Assembly (NCBI GenBank): GCA_964563825.1
Contig: CAZLZC010000006.1
Span: 1-33,723, forward strand
Source of the DNA: an uncultured Actinomyces sp.
Lineage (GTDB): Bacteria > Actinomycetota > Actinomycetes > S36-B12
Direction: 5' to 3'
DNA length: 33,723 bases
Each line of letters opens with the position of its first letter. The stretch's first letter is position 1. The notes under the pieces are model-generated. The model saw nothing but the letters and a program-made list of their open reading frames with translations, made no database searches and had not been told where the DNA came from. Of this stretch, positions 8,404 through 17,039 are shown one piece after another. The position numbers and the translations under genes were made by a program.

Positions 8404-9297
8404 CTAGTCGATCCGGTGGGCCTTCAGTGTGTAGGTGAGGGGCAGTCGCTCCGGCCGCTCGAGCAGTCTCCACTCCCCGTCGTCGCCCTCCGCCATCTTG
8501 CCGGGCAGGGCTTCCCACGGGCAGCTGTCGTGCTCGATGAGCAGGTCAAGGGCCATGCCCGTGTCGAGGAGCGCCATCACCGTCTCGCCGATCCCGTGGT
8601 TCCACGAGTGAGAGACGTCCGCCCGGAAGGTCGTATCGACGGGGAGGTAACTGCCGTCGTGTTCGTCCGTAATGGGGGTAGGCACCTCGAAATAGGGGTA
8701 GCCCACCACGAGGTCGTCGTCGACCGCCTCATCCATGGCCCACAGCATGGGATGCCCCTCACGGATGAAGAGGAATCCCCCGGGACGCAGCAGATCGTGC
8801 ACGACCCGCGCCCACCGGCGTACGTCGGGAAGCCAGCACAGCGCGCCGATACCGGTGAAGACGAAGTCGAAGCGCTCGCGACCCAGGGCTTCGACCGCGG
8901 CGTAGACATCTGATTGCACGAAATCGACGTCCGCATCCGACTCGCGCGCGAGGGTGCGTGCCTGCGCGAGGGACTCCGAGGAGAAGTCCAGGCCCGTCAT
9001 GCGGGCACCCCGCCGGGCCAGCGAGATCGTGTCGGTGCCGATATGACACTGCAGGTGCACGCCGTCGAGACCGCTCACATCGCCGAGGAGGGGGATGTCG
9101 AATCGCACGACATCACTGAGATACGCCGCATCCTCGCGGAAATTGCGCACCTTGTAACCGTCGGCGCGTGCATGAGCAGGTGCGCGCTCATCCCAGGCCG
9201 CGAGGTTGTCACGGTAGTAGCGGCTTTCGATGACCTCCGAGCCGCCCTTCCTAGTCGTGGTGGCCCGTGCCTTCGTCGATTTGGCGGAGGGACTCAT
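8404..9297 (-). CDS. Class I SAM-dependent methyltransferase
   Basis: 297 aa. Motif I-like VHLQCHIGTDTISLARRGARMTGLDFS, post-I DVDFVQSD, and RFDFVFTGIGALCWLPD. Confidence 0.8.
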   Translation of the reverse strand: MSPSAKSTKARATTTRKGGSEVIESRYYRDNLAAWDERAPAHARADGYKVRNFREDAAYLSDVVRFDIPLLGDVSGLDGVHLQCHIGTDTISLARRGARMTGLDFSSESLAQARTLARESDADVDFVQSDVYAAVEALGRERFDFVFTGIGALCWLPDVRRWARVVHDLLRPGGFLFIREGHPMLWAMDEAVDDDLVVGYPYFEVPTPITDEHDGSYLPVDTTFRADVSHSWNHGIGETVMALLDTGMALDLLIEHDSCPWEALPGKMAEGDDGEWRLLERPERLPLTYTLKAHRID

Positions 9298-9386
9298 GCG
9301 TGAACTCTAGGGCGTGAGCGCCCCATCGTGGCAGGCTCTGCGCGTCACGCGGCGTGCGACGCTCGGTGCGGGCATAGGCTCGCGGG

Positions 9387-10499
9387 ATGAGCGCCGCCAC
9401 CCCCGAGCCTGTTCTCGAGGTAGCCCGCGAGGGCGGATGGAAGTCGTGGCTGCCCAAGGTCATCCTCACGGTCCTCGGTATCGCTCTGGCCTACTTCATC
9501 TTCAGTTACATGGCGAGCAATTTCGGCGGCTTCGAGCAGGGCGTGAAGGCAGCCTTCTCCATGCCTCCGGTGTGGACTCTCGCGGCGATTGTGGCCGCGA
9601 TCATCGCCATCGGTGTCTATCCGCTGACAGCCCCTGCCGCGATTCCCAAACTCGGCTATGTGCCCGCCTTCGTCGACAGGCAGGGTGGATTCGCGATCTC
9701 AACGACGATTCCCTTTGGTGGCGGTCCCATTGCGGTGGCGACCCAGTACGCCATCCTTGCTCGCTACGGCGTCGAGCAGAGACTGGCGGCGGCGGCTGTG
9801 GCAGCCGATGCCCTGTGGACCTATCTCATGACGTTCGGTGCTCCCGGCGTGGCGCTCATCCTGCTCTGGGTCTTCGAGCGCCGCACCCTCTCGGGGAGCG
9901 AGTGCGGCGCGATCCCCTGCGAGACGATCGACGTGATCATCATCGTCGCGGGGGTCATCTGCCTCGTCTCGATGGCCGGCATCGCCTTTGTCCTGCGCAG
10001 CCGAACCAACGCTCAGCGGGTTGGGGAATTCGCCCAGGGTGCTCTCGGCAAGGTCTTCCGGCTCATCAAGCGCACACCGCCCAACGTGGTCGAGGGCGTG
10101 GTCGGCTTCAATGACACGGCTGCGGAGATGGTGGGGACCCGCTGGGTGCCCATCACCATCACCAACATCCTCGCTCAGCTCACCCCGATGTTCGTCGTGC
10201 TTGCAGCCCTGCGCGGGGTGGGAGCGGACTCGGTCACGGTGCTCGAGGTCTTCGCGGCATTTTCCGTGGCGCTCTTGCTCACCACCGTGCCGCTAGCACC
10301 CGGCGGCGCAGGCACCGTCGACGCTGCACTCATTGGCATGCTCGTGGCCTTCGGTGCGAGTTTCGAGCAGGCCGTCGCGGCCGATGTGATCTGGCGCGCC
10401 TTCTGCTTCTTGCCGCAGATGGTGCTCGGCTGGCTGGCCGTGGGCTACTTCGCCATTCGCCAGCGGATGGCCAAGCGTCAGGCTGCCACGGCGGCCTAA
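9387..10499 (+). CDS. Flippase-like / lysylphosphatidylglycerol-synthase transmembrane-domain (UPF0104) family membrane protein
   Basis: 370 aa polytopic protein. C-terminal PLAPGGAGTVDAALIGMLVAFGASFEQAVAADVIWRAF matches the conserved PGGxGxxE...R block of this family. Confidence 0.7.
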   Translation: MSAATPEPVLEVAREGGWKSWLPKVILTVLGIALAYFIFSYMASNFGGFEQGVKAAFSMPPVWTLAAIVAAIIAIGVYPLTAPAAIPKLGYVPAFVDRQGGFAISTTIPFGGGPIAVATQYAILARYGVEQRLAAAAVAADALWTYLMTFGAPGVALILLWVFERRTLSGSECGAIPCETIDVIIIVAGVICLVSMAGIAFVLRSRTNAQRVGEFAQGALGKVFRLIKRTPPNVVEGVVGFNDTAAEMVGTRWVPITITNILAQLTPMFVVLAALRGVGADSVTVLEVFAAFSVALLLTTVPLAPGGAGTVDAALIGMLVAFGASFEQAVAADVIWRAFCFLPQMVLGWLAVGYFAIRQRMAKRQAATAA

Positions 10500-10503
10500 C
10501 GCG

Positions 10504-10722
10504 CTAGTGGGTCTCGCCTGAAGCGGCCATTTCCTTGTCGAGGCCTCGGCCGAAGATGAAGAGTGACACCACCGTCCAGATCGCATACGCGACGAGGAGC
10601 GGGAGGTAGCTGATGTAGTTCTGGGAGAGGAAGCCGAAGATCAGCCACACGAGTGCCACGAGCACCCAGCCCACGATGATCCCCGCCACCAGGTGCGACT
10701 TGGTGACCTCGTGCGTGCCCAT
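10504..10722 (-). CDS. Small two-helix membrane protein (72 aa)
   Basis: ATG 10722 preceded by GGGAGGGAG on the minus strand. Two clear hydrophobic helices. No family assignment. Confidence 0.6.
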   Translation of the reverse strand: MGTHEVTKSHLVAGIIVGWVLVALVWLIFGFLSQNYISYLPLLVAYAIWTVVSLFIFGRGLDKEMAASGETH

Positions 10723-10869
10723 GGCATCTCCCTCCCAGTCCTGGGATCCCTCTCCCTTGACCTGCCGTTCAGCCTAGTGGGGGAGCGGGTGGATCCCGGG
10801 GGGAGGTTCAACCGAACGGACGATGCGCTCACCGCGCGACCCCGGTCCCGCGGCCCCTACCGTCGGAGG

Positions 10870-11343
10870 ATGTCGCGCCGACCCGTCATCGCCCTGGCCC
10901 TCGCGGGCACCGTACTTCTCGTTGCCGCCTGCTCGGCTGGTTCTGCCGACGCACCCACGGCCGCACCGAGCGATGCGCCTGCAGCGTCCTCTGCGTCAAG
11001 CGCTCCCGCCTCCGAGCCCAGTCCCAGCGCATCGGTATCCATCGAGGCGTCGGCACCGGCCGTACCGAGCAAGCCGAGCGCGGCGGACATGGCCACGGAT
11101 CGATTCGCGGATGCCGTGCTCGAGCAGCTCAAGATCGATTCAGCAGATACCTTCAGCGACCAGCTCATCACGATCGCCTTGAGCCCACTCATGCGCCAAC
11201 TCGCCTCGACGGCTGAGCTCACGACTCGCGTAGCATCGAAGGGTGACAGGGTGACACTCACGCTCGCGGGCACCGACGGCACGTGCATCGTGACCGTCAC
11301 CGACAAGCCGCAGGCACGCGGCGTGGTGTGCAAGCCCGTCTGA
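10870..11343 (+). CDS. Lipoprotein (157 aa) with Ala/Ser/Pro-rich linker
   Basis: Internal ATG 10870 of ORF 10693..11343, adjacent to GGAGG. Signal peptide MSRRPVIALALAGTVLLVAAC-S (lipobox). Confidence 0.7.
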   Translation: MSRRPVIALALAGTVLLVAACSAGSADAPTAAPSDAPAASSASSAPASEPSPSASVSIEASAPAVPSKPSAADMATDRFADAVLEQLKIDSADTFSDQLITIALSPLMRQLASTAELTTRVASKGDRVTLTLAGTDGTCIVTVTDKPQARGVVCKPV

Positions 11344-11348
11344 CCCGA

Positions 11349-11948
11349 TCAGCCCTCTACGCCGTAGCGGTGCAGCATCACGGCGGCAACCGCCGCGTCT
11401 AGGCGTGATCCCGCCAGGGGTGGGCCGTCATCCAGAACCTCACCCATGAGCAGCAGCGGGACGATCTCGCCCGTCTCGCCATGCTCGGGCGGTGTGTAGT
11501 TGGGCACGTCGAGCAGATCCAGCCCACACCGCTCGTAGAAGGAGATGCGCCGGCGGTCTTGCTCTGCGTGCTCCCCCCTCGGATCCTCCACGTCGAGAAG
11601 GAGCACGCTGATCCCCTCGGATCGCAGTGCGTCACGCAGAAGTGCGACCAGTTGTGTGCCCAGCCCGCGATCACGACGGGTGGCGGTGACGGCGAGGTAG
11701 CGCACGAAGGTCATGTCCGTGTCGCCGAGCCTCCTGATCAGGGCCATCCCGACCGGGGTCGCATCCACGTCGATGAGCACGAGGAAGCGCTCGTCGCCGC
11801 GATGCTCGACGAGATCGGACCAGGGCGCACGCACGCTGGGTGGGAACGATCCCTCGTAGAGGGCGCGCACCGACGCATCGTCAGCGGCTGTGTATTCGCG
11901 CAGGAGGATCTCGCGCACCTCACCCTCTCTCGTATCGTCCCCGGTCAT
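11349..11948 (-). CDS. GNAT family N-acetyltransferase
   Basis: 199 aa. Acetyl-CoA binding-type block YLAVTATRRDRGLGTQLV (R/Q-x-x-G-x-G/A). ATGA overlap with the upstream ligase gene (11945-11948). Confidence 0.8.
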   Translation of the reverse strand: MTGDDTREGEVREILLREYTAADDASVRALYEGSFPPSVRAPWSDLVEHRGDERFLVLIDVDATPVGMALIRRLGDTDMTFVRYLAVTATRRDRGLGTQLVALLRDALRSEGISVLLLDVEDPRGEHAEQDRRRISFYERCGLDLLDVPNYTPPEHGETGEIVPLLLMGEVLDDGPPLAGSRLDAAVAAVMLHRYGVEG

Positions 11949-13486
11949 GTCAGCCAGGATCCTGTGTCGGCATCCCAGGTCCGCCCGGAGATGAGCTCCG
12001 GCTTGGCGACGCGCTCGGAAGGCGTGCGGGGGAGGTCACTGCGGACCTCCCAGAAGCGCGGCACTTTGAAGCGCGCGATCCGCTCAGCGCAGTAGGGGCC
12101 GAGGTCAGCAGCGGCCTGCTCGGCATCGCGCAGATCGGTGAGCACGACGTAGGCCTTGACCTCCTCGCCGCGGATGTCGTCGGGTACGCCGACGACTGCT
12201 GCCATGCGCACAGATGGATGAGCGAGCAGGGTGTCCTCGACCTCGCGTGCGGCGATGTTCTCTCCTGCCCGCCGCACGACCTCCTTGAGACGACCGACGA
12301 GGGTGATCACGCCGGCGTCGTCACGCCGTGCCAGATCGCCGGTGTGCAGCCACCCGCCGCGGAAGACCTGGGCCGTTGCCTCCGGCTCGTCGTCGTAGCC
12401 CGACATCATCCCCGGACCTCGGAGCACGAGTTCGCCGGTGCCACCCGCGGGAATCTCTGTGCCATCAGCATCGACGATGCGGGCTTCCCGCCCCGGTTTG
12501 GCCACGCCGATCGCACCTGATCCCACGAGGGCATCGTGCTCGATATCGGTGACGTGGATGTCGCCGCCGGTCTCGGTCATGCCGAAGACCTCGAACCACG
12601 GGGCACCCCAGCGCTCCTCCAGTGCTGCATGGCGAGCGGGCGGGATAGCGGAGCACTGGATGACGCGCACGCGATGCTCACGATCGCGCGGATCCTCCGG
12701 CGTCGTGAGCAGGAGGACGGGCATGGCTGCCAGGCAGTAGAAGTAGGTGACGTCGTGCTCGCGCACGCGCTCCCAGAAGGTGGACGGGTGGAAGCCATCG
12801 AGGATGACGAGCGACGCACCGCTGGTGAGCGATGCGGCGAGGTTCCACTGCGGGTCCATGTAGGACATGGCCTGGGCGGTGAGCATCCGATCGTCGGGGC
12901 CCAGACCGGGAAAGCCATCGACCAGACTCGTGGCGAGGTGCAGCCAATAGCGGTGCGAGAGCAGGCAGCCCTTGGGGTGGCCGGTAGTCCCGGAGGTGAA
13001 TTGCACGTTGACGATGTCGTCTGCGTCGTGCACGTCGGGCAGGGGTGCTGCATCAGTGGGATCGGCGGCAAAGTCGGCCACATCAATCACGGGCACGTGC
13101 ACCGGTGAGATGCCGGCGGCGAGCTGCGGCGTGGTGACGAGTGCGACCGCGCGAGACTTAGTGAGGATCCAGCCGGCATCTGCGTGGCGCAGCTTCGTGT
13201 TGAGTGGCACCGAGGTGGCTCCCAGGCGCGCGAGGGCGAGCCAGGTGAGTGCGGCTTCCGGGCGGTTGTGCAGCAGGACCGCGACGCGATCACCCGAGCC
13301 GATCCCGCGGGCCCGCAGGTGCCGGGCGACCCGCTCGGACGATTCCTCGATCTCGGTAAAGGTGAGCGAGGTGGAGGCTGATGCATCAGGGCCTTCGCGT
13401 AGGTCGAAGATCCACGCCGTGCGGTCCGGCCATCGAGCGGCGGCTCGGCGTACTGCCTCCGGCAGTGTGCGGGGTGCGTCGTCCAT
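11945..13486 (-). CDS. AMP-dependent synthetase/ligase (acyl-CoA synthetase family)
   Basis: AMP-binding signature FTSGTTGHPKGC, plus GMTETGG and LHTGDLARRDDAGVITLVGRLKE. Start taken at ATG 13486 (MDDAPRTLPEAV...). The longer ORF to 13669 overlaps the upstream gene. Confidence 0.85.
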   Translation of the reverse strand: MDDAPRTLPEAVRRAAARWPDRTAWIFDLREGPDASASTSLTFTEIEESSERVARHLRARGIGSGDRVAVLLHNRPEAALTWLALARLGATSVPLNTKLRHADAGWILTKSRAVALVTTPQLAAGISPVHVPVIDVADFAADPTDAAPLPDVHDADDIVNVQFTSGTTGHPKGCLLSHRYWLHLATSLVDGFPGLGPDDRMLTAQAMSYMDPQWNLAASLTSGASLVILDGFHPSTFWERVREHDVTYFYCLAAMPVLLLTTPEDPRDREHRVRVIQCSAIPPARHAALEERWGAPWFEVFGMTETGGDIHVTDIEHDALVGSGAIGVAKPGREARIVDADGTEIPAGGTGELVLRGPGMMSGYDDEPEATAQVFRGGWLHTGDLARRDDAGVITLVGRLKEVVRRAGENIAAREVEDTLLAHPSVRMAAVVGVPDDIRGEEVKAYVVLTDLRDAEQAAADLGPYCAERIARFKVPRFWEVRSDLPRTPSERVAKPELISGRTWDADTGSWLT

Positions 13487-13491
13487 AGCGG

Positions 13492-15093
13492 TCAGTACCG
13501 AAGGGGGCAGACGATGTCGCGCCCGGGCACTCGCAGATTGACGAGGTAGCGCGTGATCGGTTGGTCGACACAGGAGGTCGTGCGGCCGTAGACGATGTGG
13601 TGAGTCCCGCCGTACTGCACCGTGCGCGCACCGGTGAAGGCGCGCTGCATCTCCATCGCGGCAGTCCACGGCGTGCGGTTATCGGCAAGCGCATTGGCAA
13701 CGAGCGGGGGATTCGCGAGCTCGATAGGGCTGAGGATGCGAGGGATGGCCCTACCAAAGCGAGGCAGCCCTGCGCACTGCGCGCCCTCGCGCAAAGCTGA
13801 CTGGCCGATGTGCACTCCTCCGGCAGCCGCACCTTCTCGGGCGATCTCCGCGAGGCGTGCCGCGGTGGGTCGATCGGGCATGTCGGAGCAGTTGACGTAG
13901 GTCCATTGCGGGTCGAACCAGCCCTTGGGCTGTGGCCCGCTCGACGTCGAGAGCATTCGGGCGGCCGCGTCGATCTGCGCCTGGGCTTCGCGGCCGTTGC
14001 CCGCGCGAAGGCCGGCGTCCACCCGGTCGAGCAGCCCCGCCACAGAACTCCAGGTGGACTGGAAGGAGGCCCAGCTGATGATGTCCTTGCCCACGGTCCA
14101 GCGCGTGATGCGGCTTCCATCGCTGGAGCGCAGTGTGCGGGTCTGCAGTGACGACATCACGCGGTCGTACTTTGCCTGGTACGCCGGGCCGAGAGCGTCG
14201 AGCATCGTCTCGATAGCCAGTGGGTCATCCCAGGTGTGCTCCCGCGACCACAGCTCGATCGTGCTCAGCGGAGAGATCACGCCGTCGAGGAGAAGTGCGC
14301 GCACATGGTCAGGGAAGTACTGCGCGTAGGCGCGGCCAACCGTGGATCCGTAGCTCATGCCCCAGAATGTGAGCGACTCCTCCCCGAGCGCCTTACGCAG
14401 GGCATCGAGATCGCGCACCAACTGCCATGTGCCGACGTAGGGCGCGTGCCTGCGGTTGGCTTCGAAGCACGCTGCTGCGGCCTCGCCGTTGACGCGCAGG
14501 TACTTCTCCACCCAGGCGTCCCAGTCGACCGCACCGGTCTTGGGGGGCGCGATGTCCTTGACGTTGCAGCCGGAGACGCTCGGCTCCGAGCCGCCCACAC
14601 CCCGCGGATCCCATGCCACGATGTCGAAGCGATCGCGGACGCGCTGGGGAAGCATGCCCTGCACCCAGGTGATGTTGGAGACAGCGGCGGAGCCGGGACC
14701 GCCGGGATTGAACGTGAGTACGCCGATGCGCTCCGAAGGCTTCTCGGCGGGGATGCGGGCGACCTGAATGCGGTAGGTGCCGTCGACCCGTCGATCACCC
14801 CAGTCGCGCGGCACGGTCAGGGTCGCGCAGCGCGCCGGCCCGCCGCCGCAGGAGCCCCAGTTGAGCGATGCGCGGGGAGCGGGAGAGCCCGACAGGGCTG
14901 TCGCCGTCGAAGCGCCGGGATCCGACTGGGCTGTCGCCGTCGAAGCGCCGGGATCCGACTGGGCTGTCGCCGTCGATGATGTGGCAAGAGCGGGCGCGGT
15001 GCCCAGGAGGGGAAGCGCGACAACCGCACTCGCGCACATCAGCCCGACGCGACGGCCAAGCCGCCGCTGTCGGGCTGTCTCGGTGCGGTGCAT
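13492..15093 (-). CDS. Secreted alpha/beta hydrolase, S33 tripeptidyl-aminopeptidase-like
   Basis: Signal peptide with RQRRLGRR n-region and ALA cleavage-type site. FNPGGPGS, nucleophile elbow GMSYGS, and a C-terminal TAP-like region (GGTHHIVYGRTTSCVD). Contains the 33-nt tandem repeat. Confidence 0.8.
   Translation of the reverse strand: MHRTETARQRRLGRRVGLMCASAVVALPLLGTAPALATSSTATAQSDPGASTATAQSDPGASTATALSGSPAPRASLNWGSCGGGPARCATLTVPRDWGDRRVDGTYRIQVARIPAEKPSERIGVLTFNPGGPGSAAVSNITWVQGMLPQRVRDRFDIVAWDPRGVGGSEPSVSGCNVKDIAPPKTGAVDWDAWVEKYLRVNGEAAAACFEANRRHAPYVGTWQLVRDLDALRKALGEESLTFWGMSYGSTVGRAYAQYFPDHVRALLLDGVISPLSTIELWSREHTWDDPLAIETMLDALGPAYQAKYDRVMSSLQTRTLRSSDGSRITRWTVGKDIISWASFQSTWSSVAGLLDRVDAGLRAGNGREAQAQIDAAARMLSTSSGPQPKGWFDPQWTYVNCSDMPDRPTAARLAEIAREGAAAGGVHIGQSALREGAQCAGLPRFGRAIPRILSPIELANPPLVANALADNRTPWTAAMEMQRAFTGARTVQYGGTHHIVYGRTTSCVDQPITRYLVNLRVPGRDIVCPLRY
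14895..14976. repeat. Perfect 33-nt tandem repeat, about 2.5 copies, inside the hydrolase gene
   Basis: Unit gggctgtcgccgtcgaagcgccgggatccgact at 14895-14927 and 14928-14960, with a partial third copy at 14961-14976. Encodes STATAQSDPGA twice, just after the signal peptide. Confidence 0.9.
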
Positions 15094-15115
15094 CAGGCCA
15101 TGTTAGGCGCTGACC

Positions 15116-15454
15116 TCAGTCGAAGAGCTCCTCGAGGAAACTCTTGCGCTTCTTGTAGGGCTTCTTGCCGCGGGAGTCGTCGTAGCCGCGGTCATAGCCC
15201 TGGTCATAGCGCTGGTCATAGGCCGGGGGCATGGCGTAGCCGGGCTGCGCCGGTGGCGCAGGGGCAGCGGCCGCCGCCGGCGCAGGGGCAACGGCGCGAT
15301 CGGCCCAGGAGTTCTCGGCGTCGACCAGGCGCTCGAGCTCGCCGCGATCGAGGAAGATGCCGCGGCACTCGGCGCACTGGTCGACGTGCACGCCGCTGCG
15401 CTCGTAGCTTCGCATCTCACCGTGGCACTTGGGACAGGTCAACGTGGTCATCAC
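15116..15454 (-). CDS. TFIIB-type zinc-ribbon domain protein (zf-TFIIB family)
   Basis: CPKCHGEM...CAECRGIFLDRGELERL zinc ribbon, Pro/Ala linker, YDQ/YDR repeats and a KKRKSFLEELFD tail typical of this family. GTG 15454 or ATG 15451 as start. Confidence 0.75.
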   Translation of the reverse strand: MMTTLTCPKCHGEMRSYERSGVHVDQCAECRGIFLDRGELERLVDAENSWADRAVAPAPAAAAAPAPPAQPGYAMPPAYDQRYDQGYDRGYDDSRGKKPYKKRKSFLEELFD

Positions 15455-15566
15455 TCCACTGTGCCCGGCGCGCCTGCGGCCGGCAAGTCGGGAGGTTTGC
15501 TCGGGAGACCCATGGCGTGGTTCGCGATAGGTGCAACAGCCTTGACATGGGCCCTACCGTGAACGC

Positions 15567-15824
15567 ATGGCCGATGACAATGCACGTCAGCAGGCAATCC
15601 AGCGGCTCCATCAGCGCCGAGGCTTCGCCAACTACATCATCGGTGCGATCGTCATCTCCCTCTTCATGGTCGTCATCTGGGCTCTCTCGGGTCGCGGCTA
15701 CTTCTGGCCCGTCTGGGTGATGGGCGGCTTCCTCATCGGTGCGATCTTCTACGGCGTCAACACGCTGATGAACAAGCCGCTCACGGAAGATCAGATCCAG
15801 CGGGAGATGCAGAAGGGCTCCTAG
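15567..15824 (+). CDS. 2TM domain-containing small membrane protein
   Basis: 85 aa. RRGFANYIIGAIVISLFMVVIWALSG...YFWPVWVMGGFLIGAIFYG matches the 2TM-domain pattern. Confidence 0.7.
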   Translation: MADDNARQQAIQRLHQRRGFANYIIGAIVISLFMVVIWALSGRGYFWPVWVMGGFLIGAIFYGVNTLMNKPLTEDQIQREMQKGS

Positions 15825-15855
15825 CCAGGAACGCGGGGACGCTAGCCTGCCTGAC

Positions 15856-16833
15856 ATGAGACCGCTCGTCATCGCGCACCGGGGTGCGAGTGCCTACCTA
15901 CCCGAAGGCACCCTCCCGGCGAAGGCCCTCGCGGTGGGGATGGGCGCCGACTACGTCGAGCACGACGTCGTCATGACGCGCGACGATCGCCTGCTCATCA
16001 ACCATGATCTGTGGCTCGACAACGTGAGCGACGTCGCCAAGCGATTCCCGGGCCGCGAGCGGGCCGACGGCCACTTCTACGTCATCGACTTCGACCTCGA
16101 TGAGATCCTCAGTCTGGCCGTCACGGAGTGCTTCAACGTCGTCGACGGGCGTGATCTCCCCGCATTCCCCGATCGATTCCCGGTGTGGCAGTCGAGTTTC
16201 CACTTCCACACCCTGGAGTCCGAGTTGGAGTTCCTCCAGGGCCTGCGCCATAGCGCGGGCCGGGACGTGGGCGTCTTCACCGAGCTCAAGTCGCCGTGGT
16301 TCCACGAGCAGGAGGGCAAGGATCTGGTCTCAGCCGTGTACGACGTGCTCGCTCGCTACGGCTACCGCACGCGCGAGGACCACTGTCGCGTGATGAGCTT
16401 CGATGCTCACGCACTGCAGCGCATCCGAGCGGAGGTAGGCCCGGCCTTCGGGGTCGACGTACCCCTCACTCAGCTCATCGGGCGCACAGAGAGTCACGAG
16501 ACCTACGAGCGCAAGCCCGATGGCACGTGGGAGAACTACGACTACGACTGGATGCTCGAGCCGGATGCGATGGAGCGCATCCGCGAGTGGGCGGACGGGA
16601 TCGGTCCCGACGTACGCATGCTGCTGCGCCACGGCAAGCCCATGGCCGCCAGCGACCTCGCGGCGCGCGCGCATGACGCCGGCCTCTACATCACCCCATG
16701 GACGGTGCGCGCTGATGATCTCCCGCACTGCGCGCCCAGTCTGCCCGCTCTGGTGCGCCTGCTTGTCGACGAGTGTGCAGTGGAGGGCATCATCACTGAT
16801 TTCCCCGACCGGGTGATCGAGGCCCTGGGCTAG
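15856..16833 (+). CDS. Glycerophosphodiester phosphodiesterase (GDPD family, no signal peptide)
   Basis: VIAHRGASAYLPEGT ... ADYVEHDVVMTRDDRLLINHD, the canonical GDPD HR...E.D...H catalytic blocks. Confidence 0.85.
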   Translation: MRPLVIAHRGASAYLPEGTLPAKALAVGMGADYVEHDVVMTRDDRLLINHDLWLDNVSDVAKRFPGRERADGHFYVIDFDLDEILSLAVTECFNVVDGRDLPAFPDRFPVWQSSFHFHTLESELEFLQGLRHSAGRDVGVFTELKSPWFHEQEGKDLVSAVYDVLARYGYRTREDHCRVMSFDAHALQRIRAEVGPAFGVDVPLTQLIGRTESHETYERKPDGTWENYDYDWMLEPDAMERIREWADGIGPDVRMLLRHGKPMAASDLAARAHDAGLYITPWTVRADDLPHCAPSLPALVRLLVDECAVEGIITDFPDRVIEALG

Positions 16834-16871
16834 TCGGATTTGCGTGATGCGCCGACCTTCCCTAACGTGGA

Positions 16872-17010
16872 AGGGAGTCAAGGGGAGTACCTCCGCGCGG
16901 AGACCTCGTCAATACGTCGCCCCCATGGGCGACCGGGGCTTCGGCCGTACCACCCGCCATGGAGATGTGATTCTCCAGTCGGGTTGGCCACGGTGATGGG
17001 AGACCGAGAT
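16872..17010 (+). promoter_or_regulatory. Candidate yybP-ykoY (Mn2+) riboswitch aptamer
   Basis: 206-nt non-coding leader containing, in the expected order, GGGGAGUA (16882-16889), CUCGUCAAUAC (16905-16915), GUUGGCCAC (16983-16991) and GGGAGACC (16998-17005). Nested hairpins lie between them: CUCC/GGAG, GUCGCC/GGCGAC, GGC-UUCG-GCC, and ACCCG/CGGGU enclosing GGAGA/UCUCC. A TerC-like N-terminus lies downstream. Not verified with a covariance model. Confidence 0.55.
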
Positions 17011-17039
17011 GTCGTTCTGACGTTCTCGAGGAGTGCCCC

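Noticed and set aside
13386-14120. 244-aa minus-strand off-frame ORF and 14236..14979 + ORF over the S33 hydrolase
   Set aside because: Low-complexity Arg/Pro/Ser composition. The hydrolase frame has GMSYG and FNPGGPG motifs.
14895-14976. Possibility that the 33-nt direct repeats are a small CRISPR array
   Set aside because: The copies are contiguous with no spacers, lie in frame within a coding sequence, and no cas genes are nearby.
15088-15720. 210-aa Arg-rich + strand ORF spanning the zinc-ribbon gene and the divergent intergenic region
   Set aside because: Extreme Arg/Ser/Gly composition. It overlaps two better-supported genes (zf-TFIIB on the minus strand, 2TM on the plus strand in another frame).
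16911-16946. C-rich-loop hairpin (GUCGCC-CCCAUG-GGCGAC) plus a UUCG hairpin as a possible 6C RNA
   Set aside because: The loops are too short and too C-poor for the 6C architecture. The hairpins sit between yybP-ykoY-like conserved blocks and are better explained as variable stems of that aptamer.
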